Below, one piece after another: positions 1 through 10,028 of a stretch of 16,117 nucleotides of DNA. The DNA comes from Octopus sinensis (lineage: Eukaryota). The translations under genes were made by a program, and so were the position numbers. Where the stretch lies: the NCBI RefSeq assembly GCF_006345805.1, contig NW_021825177.1, positions 1 to 16,117 on the forward strand, written 5' to 3'. The notes below the pieces were generated by a model that had not been told where the DNA came from, did not search any database, and was given only the letters and a program-made list of their open reading frames with translations. Each line of letters opens with the position of its first letter. The stretch's first letter is position 1.

Positions 1-91
1 AGACATTTGCCCAAGATGCCACGCTGTGGGACTGAACCTGGACCTGTGTGTTGGTTAGCAAGCTACTTACCACACAGCCACTCCTGCGCCT
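1..91 (-). mobile_element. SINE family A, 5' head (truncated by the window edge)
   Basis: Reverse complement of the AGGCGCAGGAGTGGCTGTGTGGTAAGTAGCTTG...GGTTCAGTCCCACAGCGTGGCATCTTGGGCAA head also seen at 13971 and 14171. Confidence 0.85.
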
Positions 92-190
92 TACATTGTT
101 TAATTAAATGAAGTAGCATGAAATGAAACGATTGTACTACACTACCTTGGATATCCTTGTTGCTTATTTTGACTACATATATTTATATAT

Positions 191-603
191 ACTCTCTTAC
201 TTGTTTCAGTCATTTGACTGCGGCCATGCTGGAGCACCGCCTTTAGTCGAGCAACTCGACTTATTCTTTGTAAGCCCAGTACTTATTCTATCGGCCCATT
301 TTGCCGAACCGCTAAGTTACGGGGACATAAACACACCAGCATCGGTTGTCAAGCAATGCTAAGGGGACAAACACAGACACACAAACACACACACATACAC
401 ACACACACATATATATATATTTATATATATATATATATACGACGGGCTTCTTTCAGTTTCCGTCTACCAAATCCACTCACAAGGGTTTGGTCGGCCCGAG
501 GCTATAGTAGAAGACACTTGCCCAAGGTGCCACGCAGTGGGACTGAACCCGGAACCATGTGGTTGGTAAACAAGCTACTTACCACACAGCCATTCCTGCG
601 CCT
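191..603 (-). mobile_element. SINE family A, full-length tRNA-derived CORE-like SINE
   Basis: Reverse complement of the 11583-12010 and 12200-12632 copies: head, internal (TA)/(TG) microsatellite, body, and GACTGAAACAAGTAA(GAG) tail. Confidence 0.9.
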
Positions 604-622
604 ATATATACATATACATATA

Positions 623-784
623 TACGACGGGCTTCTTTCAGTTTCCGTTTACCAAATCCACTCACAAGGCTTTGGTCGGCCGAGGCTATAGTAGAAGACA
701 CTTTCCCAAGGTGCCACGCAGTGGGACTGAACCCCGAACCATGTGGTTGGTAAACAAGCTACTTACCACACAGCCACTCCTGCG

Positions 785-787
<3 letters not shown>
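623..787 (-). mobile_element. SINE family A, head-only copy in tandem with 191-603
   Basis: Near-identical to 437-603 and separated from it by a TA/TACA run. Confidence 0.9.
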
Positions 788-824
<37 letters not shown>

Positions 825-843
825 CAAATATATTTATCAAATC

Positions 844-907
844 CTACCAAATCCACTCACAAGGCTTACTGTGGCACCGAACCGGAAGCCATATGGCTGC
901 AAAGCGA
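844..907 (-). mobile_element. SINE family A, decayed and internally deleted head
   Basis: CTACCAAATCCACTCACAAGGCTT matches the head exactly. It is followed by a diverged GTGGCACCGAACCGGAAGCCATATGG segment (compare GTGGGACTGAACCCGGAACCATGTGG). Confidence 0.6.
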
Positions 908-1052
908 TATTTTAAAACCGAAACCTATGCTTTCGGCCTTCATTCAGAGATCCGTTGAGGTGTATGTGACCAAAGGACCAGCCTAGGGCGAAACAAAAAC
1001 GCCAGCGATATGGTAAATACCAGTACAAATGTTTTGATTGTATCAGATTAAT

Positions 1053-1300
1053 GGGTGGGGGGGTGTTGACGACGGTGGTGGCGGGTATTGGTGGTGGTGG
1101 TGGTGGTGGTTCATAATGAGGTAATGGTGGTGGAGGTGACAGTGACAGCAGTGGTGATGAAGGTAGTGGTGGTGGTGGTGGGTCGCGGACAATTGGGGGT
1201 TTTGTCAGTGGGGCAGGGGACGGGTTTTGGTGAAGATAGCCCTAATAATAAGTGTGTGTGTGGGGGTAGGTAATCGTCCATGGTGGTGGCGGTGGTGAGG
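1053..1300 (+). repeat. (GGT)n-rich low-complexity tract
   Basis: Imperfect GGT runs at 1090-1110, 1165-1180 and 1281-1300. Confidence 0.8.
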
Positions 1301-1422
1301 GTGATTATTGTGCTTATTGATTACAGGGGGGCGAGGAAGCAGTGTGGGGCCACGATGGAGTGGGGGTTGAAGCGAAACGTTTATCATCGATTTGATGCTA
1401 ATAACCGGCGCTATCTTGCCCA

Positions 1423-1995
1423 ACACACGCACCACACACTACTCACGCACATATACACGCATATATACACACACGCTCACACATACACACGCTTACACAG
1501 GTACGCACACATACAAACACCCGCGTATATACATACACACACGTATACATACATACATGCATACATATATATATACATACACACACACATACATACATAC
1601 ATGCATACATACATACACACACACACACATACATTCATACATACATTCATACATACACACATACATACACACATACATACATACACACATACATACAGAC
1701 ATATATTCATATACATACATATATACACAAACATATATATATTCATACATACAGATACATACATACGTACATAAAAACATACATACATACATACATTCAT
1801 ACATACATACTCATGCATACGCACACATACATACATACATATGCACACATACATACAAAAATACATACATACACACATACATACATTCATACATACATAC
1901 ATACATATATTCATACATACATACATACATACACACATACACATATACACACACACACATACACGCAAACTTACAAACACACACAGACACGCACA
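1423..1995. repeat. Compound (CATA)n/(CA)n microsatellite
   Basis: Directly visible CATA/CACA repeats. Confidence 0.95.
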
Positions 1996-2092
1996 AGAAA
2001 CACGCACGTCATTATCGAAAATAATGCCACACGTCAAAAACCCCAGTTTCACGCACAGGGCCCTACTCAACGAAACCCTCACGAACGCTGTC

Positions 2093-2378
2093 CACCCCCG
2101 ACCCCCACCCCATGCACTTCTCTCCGTGACCATCCTTACATCTAACACTCCCACCCACCCGCAATCACTAAAGAATCCACCACCACCGCCGCCACTATCA
2201 CTATCACCACCACCACCGCCGCCATCACCACCGTCACCTAGTCTCGGCCCAACCACCCGCTGCCAGGTCCACCAGCCCCCACCAACATTTACTCACCCAC
2301 CTACCTCGCCTCCCCCCCACCCCGCATTATTCGCCATGCCACGAACACCACCATTACAACCCCACCCGTCGCCCTCCA
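2093..2378 (+). repeat. (CCA)/(CCG)-rich, C-rich low-complexity tract
   Basis: CCACCACCACCGCCGCCA runs and C homopolymers. Confidence 0.75.
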
Positions 2379-2547
2379 CGTAGTGCGCCGCCAACCCCGA
2401 AGCGCCGCCGAGCTCGACTGATATTTATATGTCCCTAATGAAATGGCTGCTTATCACGCATTATACGCATGTCATAATGATGATGAGGAGTTAAGGAAAG
2501 GTCGCGGGGAGGAGCGGTGGGTGTGTGATTACGCTATATTAGCGATG

Positions 2548-2749
2548 GTGTGTGTGTATATATATATATATATTAACAATTTAACAAATAATACATATGC
2601 ATACATACATATATGTACATACCTACATCTATATGTATATATGTGTGTGTGTATATATATATATATATTAACAATTTAACAAATAATACATATGCATACA
2701 TACATATATGTACATACCTACATCTATATGTATATATGTGTGTGTGTAT
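2548..2749. repeat. 95-bp tandem duplication (2 copies) inside a TA/TG microsatellite
   Basis: TTAACAATTTAACAAATAATACATATGCATAC... begins at both 2573 and 2668. Confidence 0.9.
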
Positions 2750-2861
2750 GTATATATATATGTGTGTGTGTGTATATGTATATATGTGTGTGTATATATG
2801 TATAGATATATGCATACACACACACACACACACACATATATAAATATATATATATATATAT

Positions 2862-2915
2862 ATTAGTCAATTTAGGGTACCAAAAAAATTTTTTTGCTAC
2901 CCTAAATTGACTAAT
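2862..2915. repeat. 54-bp near-perfect palindrome with no spacer
   Basis: ATTAGTCAATTTAGGGTACC-A7|T7-GCTACCCTAAATTGACTAAT, centred at 2888/2889, with one mismatch (2880/2897). Confidence 0.95.
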
Positions 2916-3067
2916 TGATATAATTTTCTGAATAATTCTGAGATTGAATCGGCAGTTTATATTTACTGTTGATAAGTTTGGCGCGAATACGTCAGTCTTG
3001 AAAATTTTAAGTCAGATATCCCGTAGGCATCAATACAGACGCCTCGTGTATATTTGTCTCTCCCAGG

Positions 3068-3169
3068 TCTTTTACTGATGAAGTGTAACCTATGGTAGAT
3101 TGGCTTAATTTAATTTAATTAAGCTAATTTAATCATTAATGACACAGAAACGTTGCAACGTCTAAAAGG
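3068..3169 (+). ncRNA. Type-I hammerhead ribozyme (HHR-1) with long stem II
   Basis: Stem I TCTTTTA (3068-3074) / TAAAAGG (3163-3169). Core CTGATGA 3075-3081 and GAAA 3147-3150. Stem III ACGTTG/CAACGT. GUC triplet 3160-3162. Stem II GTGT/ACAC, ATGGT/ATCAT and a 14-bp AGATTGGCTTAATT/AATTAAGCTAATTT helix. Confidence 0.85.
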
Positions 3170-3424
3170 ATGAATTAGGGTAAATGTTTTTAAATTTTCA
3201 CCTAATTTCTGAATTAATAATACTTGGCGGTGTGAGTTATGGCTGCTCTTTCTGGTGGACGAGTGACCTGTTGGGGTCACTCCTAAATCGTTATATATAT
3301 ATATATATAATATATATATACAAAATTTAAAGGACTGACCACTAAAAGTGGATGGTGAATATGCTAGATACAGACGTCAAAATCGCTATTTTCCACGAAG
3401 AATGTGTTCTCAAGAAAAACTCAG

Positions 3425-3494
3425 CACAAAACCAAAGTGTAAAAAATAAACAATTTTCATTTGTCTTGCTTATTTTTTACACTTTGGTATTGTG
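3425..3494. repeat. Inverted repeat, 29-bp arms with a 12-nt loop
   Basis: CACAAAACCAAAGTGTAAAAAATAAACAA (3425-3453) versus TTGCTTATTTTTTACACTTTGGTATTGTG (3466-3494), 2 mismatches. Confidence 0.95.
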
Positions 3495-6400
3495 GGTGGG
3501 GCCCAGTTAGAATTTTCTTCTGGTTGGGTAGCCCATCCCACTCAAAAGGTCCCTGATTAAGGGTCGTTTAAGGATGTTGAAAGAACCACCCATGTTTCCA
3601 GAAGTGAATCATTCAAACCCCAAAGAATTCCTCTCAACACATGGCTATGATGCTCCCCCACTACTTCTGCTGGTGATCAAATATGCACATATCGTCAGCC
3701 ACTAAGGGACATGCTCAACTGGTTAAGGTCAAACAACTGACAAGCAAATATGTGGTATTGAGCAGAATATTTGCTGTAGCCCCTCTTTTATACCAAGACG
3801 AAACAATGTACATGATAACACTTCAAATCAGTTAAGATCAGAAGCCATGAGAGCCACTGCCTGGTACTGCATCCAGGCATAGCAAATCTGTGGTATTGAG
3901 CAGAATATTTGCTGTAGCCCATCTTTTATACCAAGACAAAACAATGTACATGATAACACTTCCAATCAGTTAAGATCAGAAGCCATGAGAGCCACTGCCT
4001 GGTACTGCATCAGGGCATTAGCAAATCTGTGGTATTGAGCAGAATATTTGCTGTAGCCCTCTTTTATACCAAGACGAAACAATGTACATGATAACACTTC
4101 AATCAGTTAAGATCAGAAGCCATGAGAGCCACTGCCTGGTACTGCTGATCAGGGCATTAGCAAATCTGTGGTATGAGCAGAATATTTGCTGTAGCCCCTC
4201 TTTATACCAAGACGAAACAATGTACATGATAACACTTCCAATCAGTTAGAGATCAGAAGCCATGAGAGCCACTGCCTGGTACTGCATCAGGGCATTAGCA
4301 AATCTGTGGTATTCAGCACAATATTTGCTGTAGGCCATCTTTTATACAAGACAAACTAATGTACATGATAACACTTCAATCAGTTAAGATCAGAAGCCAT
4401 GAGAGCCACTGCCTGGTACTGCATCAGGGCATTAGCAAATCTGTGGTATTGAGCAGAATATTTGCTGTAGCCCCTCTTTATACCAAGACGAAACAATGTA
4501 CATGATAACACTTCAATCAGTTAAGATCAGAAGCCATGAGAGCCACTGCCTGGTACTGCATCAGGGCATTAGCAATCTGTGGTATTGAGCAGAATATTTG
4601 CTGTAGCCCTCTTTTATACCAAGACAAAACATGTACATGATAACACTTCCAATCAGTTAAGATCAGAAGCCATGAGAGCCACTGCTGGTACTGCATCAGG
4701 GCATTAGCAAATCTGTGGTATTGAGCAGAATATTGCTGTAGGCCATCTTTTATACCAAGACGAAACAATGTACATGATAACACTTCAATCAGTTAAGATC
4801 AGAAGCCATGAGAGCCACTGCCTGTATACTGCATCAGGGCATTAGCAAATCTGTGGTATTGAGCAGAATATTTGCTGTAGCCCCTCTTTATACCAAGACG
4901 AAACAATGTACATGATAACACTTCCAATCAGTTAAGATCAGAAGCCATGAGAGCCACTGCCTGGTACTGCATCAGGGCATTAGCAAATCTGTGGTATTGA
5001 GCAGAATATTTGCTGTAGGCCATCTTTTATACCAAGACAAAACAATGTACATGATAACACTTCCAATCAGTTAGATCAGAAGCCATGAGAGCCACTGCCT
5101 GGTACTGCATCAGGGCATTAGCAAATCTGTGGTATTGAGCAGAATATTTGCTGTAGCCAGTCCCATCTTTTATACCAAGACAAAACAATGTACATGATAA
5201 CACTTCCAATCAGTTAAGATCAGAAGCCATGAGAGCCACTGCCTGGTACTGCATCAGGGCATTAGCAATCTGTGGTATTGAGCAGAATATTTGCTGTAGC
5301 CATCTTTTATACCAAGACAAAACAATGTACATGATAACACTTCCAATCAGTTAAGATCAGAAGCCATGAGAGCCACTGCCTGGTACTGCATCAGGGCATT
5401 AGCAAATCTGTGGTATTGAGCAGAATATTTGCTGTAGCCCATCTTTTATACCAAGACAAAACAATGTACATGATAACACTTCCAATCAGTTAAGATCAGA
5501 AGCCATGAGAGCCACTGCCTGGTACTGCATCAGGGCATTAGCAAATCTGTGGTATTGAGCAGAATATTTGCTGTAGCCCATCTTTTATACCAAGACAAAA
5601 CATGTACATGATAACACTTCCAATCAGTTAAGATCAGAAGCCATGAGAGCCACTGCCTGGTACTGCTCAGGGCATTAGCAAATCTGTGGTATTGAGCAGA
5701 ATATTTGCTGTAGCCCATCTTTTATACCAAGACAAAACAATGTACATGATAACATAACACTTCAATCAGTTAAGATCAGAAGCCATGAGACCACTGCCTG
5801 GTACTGCATCAGGGCATTAGCAAATCTGTGGTATTGAGCAGAATATTTGCTGTACCCATCTTTTATACCAAGACAAAACAATGTACATGATAACACTTCC
5901 AATCAGTTAAGATCAGAAGCATGAGAGCCACTGCCTGGTACTGCATCAGGGCATTAGCAAATCTGTGGTATTGAGCAGAATATTGCTGTAGCCCATCTTT
6001 TATACCAAGACAAAACAATGTACATGATAACACTTCCAATCAGTTAAGATCAGAGCCATGAGAGCCACTGCCTGGTACTGCATCAGGGCATTCAAATCTG
6101 TGGTATTGAGCAGAATATTGCTGTAGCCCATCTTTTATACCAAGACAAAACAATGTACATGATAACACTTCCAATCAGTTAAGATCAGAAGCCATGAGAG
6201 CCACTGCTGGTACTGGTACTGCATCAGGGCATTAGCAAATCTGTGGTATTGAGCAGAATATTTGCTGTAGCCCATCTTTTATACCAAGACAAAACAATGT
6301 ACATGATAACACTTCAAATCAGTTAAGATCAGAAGCCATGAGAGCCACTGCCTGGTACTGCATCAGGGCATTAGCAAATCTGTGGTATTGAGCAGAATAT

Positions 6401-9400
6401 TTGCTGTTGTCCATCTTTTATACCCAGACAAAACAATGTACATGATAACACTTCCAATCAGTTAAGATCAGAAGCCATGAGAGCCACTGCCTGGAACTGC
6501 ATCAGGGCATTAGCAAATCTGTGGTATTGAGCAGAATATTTGCTGTAGCCCATCTTTTATACCAGACAAAACAATGTACATGATAACACTTCCAATCAGT
6601 TAAGATCAGAAGCCATGAGAGCCACTGCCTGAACTGCATCAGGGCATTAGCAAATCTGTGGTATTGAGCAGAATATTTGCTGTAGGCCATCTTTTATACC
6701 AAGACAAAACAATGTACATGATAACACTTCCAATCAGTTAAGATCAGAAGCCATGAGAGCCACTGCCTGGAACTGCATCAGGGCATTAGCAAATCTGTGG
6801 TATTGAGCAGAATATTTGCTGTAGCCCATCTTTTATACCCAGACAACACAACATGTACATGATAACACTTCCAATCAGTTAAGATCAGAAGCCATGAGAG
6901 CCACTGCCTGCCTGGTACTGCATCAGGGCATTAGCAATCTGTGGTATTGAGCAGAATATTTGCTGTTGTCCATCTTTATACCAAGACAAAACAATGTACA
7001 TGATAACACTTCCAATCAGTTAAGATCAGAAGCCATGAGAGCCACTGCCTGGTACTGCATCAGGGTATTAGCAAATCTGTGGTATTGAGCAGAATATTTG
7101 CTGTAGCCCATCTTTTATACCAAGACAAAACAATGTACATGATAACACTTCCAGTCAGTTAAGATCAGAAGCCATGAGAGCCACTGCCTGGTACTGCATC
7201 AGGGTATTAGCAAATCTGTGGTATTGAGCAGAATATTTGCTGTAGCCCATCTTTTATACCAAGACAAAACAATGTACATGATAACACTTCCAATCAGTTA
7301 AGATCAGAAGCCATGAGAGCCACTGCCTGGTACTGCATCAGGGCATTAGCAAATCTGTGGTATTGAGCAGAATATTTGCTGTAGCCCATCTTTTATACCC
7401 AGACAAAACAATGTACATGATAACACTTCCAATCAGTTAAGATCAGAAGCCATGAGAGCCACTGCCTGGAACTGCATCAGGGCATTAGCAAATCTGTGGT
7501 ATTGAGCAGAATATTTGCTGTAGCCCATCTTTTATACCCAGACAAAACAATGTACATGATAACACTTCCAATCAGTTAAGATCAGAAGCCATGAGAGCCA
7601 CTGCCTGGAACTGCATCAGGGCATTAGCAAATCTGTGGTATTGAGCAGAATATTTGCTGTAGCCCATCTTTTATACCCAGACAAAACAATGTACATGATA
7701 ACACTTCCAATCAGTTAAGATCAGAAGCCATGAGAGCCACTGCCTGGTACTGCATCAGGGCATTAGCAAATCTGTGGTATTGAGCAGAATATTTGCTGTT
7801 GTCCATCTTTTATACCAAGACAAAACAATGTACATGATAACACTTCCAATCAGTTAAGATCAGAAGCCATGAGAGCCACTGCCTGGTACTGCATCAGGGT
7901 ATTAGCAAATCTGTGGTATTGAGCAGAATATTTGCTGTAGCCCATCTTTTATACCAAGACAAAACAATGTACATGATAACACTTCCAGTCAGTTAAGATC
8001 AGAAGCCATGAGAGCCACTGCCTGGTACTGCATCAGGGTATTAGCAAATCTGTGGTATTGAGCAGAATATTTGCTGTAGCCCATCTTTTATACCAAGACA
8101 AAACATGTACATGATAACACTTCCAATCAGTTAAGATCAGAAGCCATGAGAGCCCCTGCCTGTACTGCATCAGGGCATTAGCAAATCTGTGGTATTGAGC
8201 AGAATATTTGCTGTAGCCCATCTTTTATACCAAGACAAAACAATGTACATGATAACACTTCCAATCAGTTAAGATCAGAAGCCATGAGAGCCTGCCTGGT
8301 ACTGCATCAGGGCATTAGCAAATCTGTGGTATTGAGCAGAATATTTGCTGTTGTCCATCTTTTATACCAAGACAAAACAATGTACATGATAACACTTCCA
8401 ATCAGTTAAGATCAGAAGCCATGAGAGCCACTGCCTGGATACTGCATCAGGGCATTAGCAAATCTGTGGTATTGAGCAGAATATTGCTGTAGCCCATCTT
8501 TTATACCAGACAAAACAATGTACATGATAACACTTCCAATCAGTTAAGATCAGAAGCCATGAGAGCCACTGCCTGGTACTGCATCAGGGCATTAGCAAAT
8601 CTGTGGTATTGAGCAGAATATTGCTGTTGTCCATCTTTATACCAAGACAAAACATGTACATGATAACACTTCCAATCAGTTAAGATCAGAAGCCATGAGA
8701 GCCACTGCCTGGAACTGCATCAGGGCATTAGCAAATCTGTGGTATTGAGCAGAATATTTGCTGTAGCCCATCTTTTATACCAAGACAAAACAATGTACAT
8801 GATAACACTTCCAGTCAGTTAAGATCAGAAGCCATGAGAGCCACTGCCTGGTACTGCATCAGGTATTAGCAAATCTGTGGTATTGAGCAGAATATTTGCT
8901 GTAGCCCATCTTTTATACCAAGACAAAACAATGTACATGATAACACTTCCAGTCAGTTAAGATCAGAAGCCATGAGAGCCACTGCCTGGTACTGCATCAG
9001 GGCATTAGCAAATCTGTGGTATTCAGCACAATATTTGCTGTAGCCCATCTTTTATACCAAGACAAAACAATGTACATGATAACACTTCCAATCAGTTAAG
9101 ATCAGCAGCCATGAGAGCCACTGCCTGGTACTGCATCAGGGCATTAGCAAATCTGTGGTATTGAGCAGAATATTTGCTGTAGCCCATCTTTTATACCAAG
9201 ACAAAACAATGTACATGATAACACTTCCAGTCAGTTAAGATCAGAAGCCATGAGAGCCACTGCCTGGTACTGCATCAGGTATTAGCAATCTGTGGTATTG
9301 AGCAGAATATTTGCTGTAGCCCATCTTTTATACCAAGGCAAAACAATGTACATGATAACACTTCCAATCAGTTAAGATCAGAAGCCATGAGAGCCACTGC

Positions 9401-10001
9401 CTGGTACTGCATCAGGGCATTAGCAAATCTGTGGTATTGAGCAGAATATTTGCTGTAGCCCATCTTTATATACCAAGACAAAACAATGTACATGATAACA
9501 CTTCCAGTCAGTTAAGATCAGAAGCCATGAGAGCCACTGCCTGGTACTGCATCAGGCATTAGCAAATCTGTGTATTGAGCAGAATATTTGCTGTAGCCCA
9601 TCTTTTATACCAAGACAAAACAATGTACATGATAACACTTCCAATCAGTTAAGATCAGAAGCCATGAGAGCCACTGCCTGGTACTGCATCAGGGCATTAG
9701 CAAATCTGTGGTATTGAGCAGAATATTTGCTGTAGGACATCTTTTATACCAAGACAAAACAATGTACATGATAACACTTCCAATCAGTTAAGATCAGAAG
9801 CCATGAGAGCCACTGCCTGGTACTGCATCAGGGCATTAGCAAATCTGTGGTATTGAGCAGAATATTTGCTGTAGGCCATCTTTTATACCAAGACAAAACA
9901 ATGTACATGATAACACTTCCAATCAGTTAAGATCAGAAGCCATGAGAGCCACTGCCTGGTACTGCATCAGGGCATTTATTATTATTATTATTATTATTAT
10001 T
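3495..10001 (+). mobile_element. 5'-truncated non-LTR retroelement 3' region with tandemly amplified terminus and (TTA)n tail
   Basis: About 250 bp of unique sequence runs seamlessly into the first array unit, and the last unit ends directly in a (TTA)n tail (9975-10001). The terminal stem-loop TGCCTG...CAGGGCA precedes the tail. No ORF remains, so the clade cannot be assigned and the 5' boundary is approximate. Confidence 0.6.
3743..9976 (+). repeat. Tandem array, 45 copies of a ~139-bp unit
   Basis: Unit: AGCAAATCTGTGGTATTGAGCAGAATATTTGCTGTAGCCCATCTTTTATACCAAGACAAAACAATGTACATGATAACACTTCCAATCAGTTAAGATCAGAAGCCATGAGAGCCACTGCCTGGTACTGCATCAGGGCATT. Starts were counted by eye (3743, 3881, 4020 ... 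5401, 5540 ... 9699, 9838). Confidence 0.98.
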
Positions 10002-10023
10002 GTTGTTGTTGTTGTTATTGTTG
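9975..10023 (+). repeat. (TTA)n followed by (TTG)n microsatellite tail
   Basis: Directly visible. Confidence 0.95.
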
Positions 10024-10028
10024 CATAT

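Larger units (their letters stand above)
2862..3291 (+). mobile_element. Putative non-autonomous Penelope-like (pLTR-derived) fragment carrying a hammerhead ribozyme
   Basis: Unique ~430-bp segment between two (TA)n runs. It begins with a fold-back palindrome and contains a type-I hammerhead with palindromic stem III, a hallmark of Penelope-like element pLTRs. The family assignment is inferred. Confidence 0.55.

Noticed and set aside
123-986. Recurrent peptides such as SFDCGHAGAPP and GTEPGTMWLV
   Set aside because: They are antisense translations of SINE A copies, not a protein family.
1088-2843. Long His/Thr/Tyr/Ile, Val/Cys/Met and Pro/Gly-rich ORFs (up to 259 aa)
   Set aside because: They are translations of stop-free microsatellites, open in several frames on both strands.
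3261-3286. Helitron 3' end (hairpin plus CTRR)
   Set aside because: CTAA follows the stem with no spacer and is not at the segment end, and no matching 5' TC terminus was identified.
5441-5450. TATAAAAG on the minus strand of most units as a promoter array
   Set aside because: A short AT-rich motif with no other supporting promoter evidence.
3881-6933. Many 1-5 bp indels in array units as biological variation
   Set aside because: They are mostly singletons, often at homopolymers or short stutters, whereas units 25-31 are uniformly 139 bp. This is compatible with unpolished long-read error.
4517-8221. Minus-strand ORFs of 60-88 aa within the array
   Set aside because: The unit length of 139 is not a multiple of 3, and these ORFs arise only where sporadic indels bridge frames.
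3743-9976. CRISPR array or tandem RNA-gene cluster (5S, snRNA, SL RNA)
   Set aside because: There are no unique spacers and no cas genes, and the context is eukaryotic. The unit shows no 5S, tRNA or snRNA motifs that I recognise.
3743-9976. Hammerhead in the array monomer (retrozyme-like satellite)
   Set aside because: The closest minus-strand matches are CTGATGC, CTGATCT and CTGATTG, not CTGANGA, and there is no suitable GAAA/stem III.
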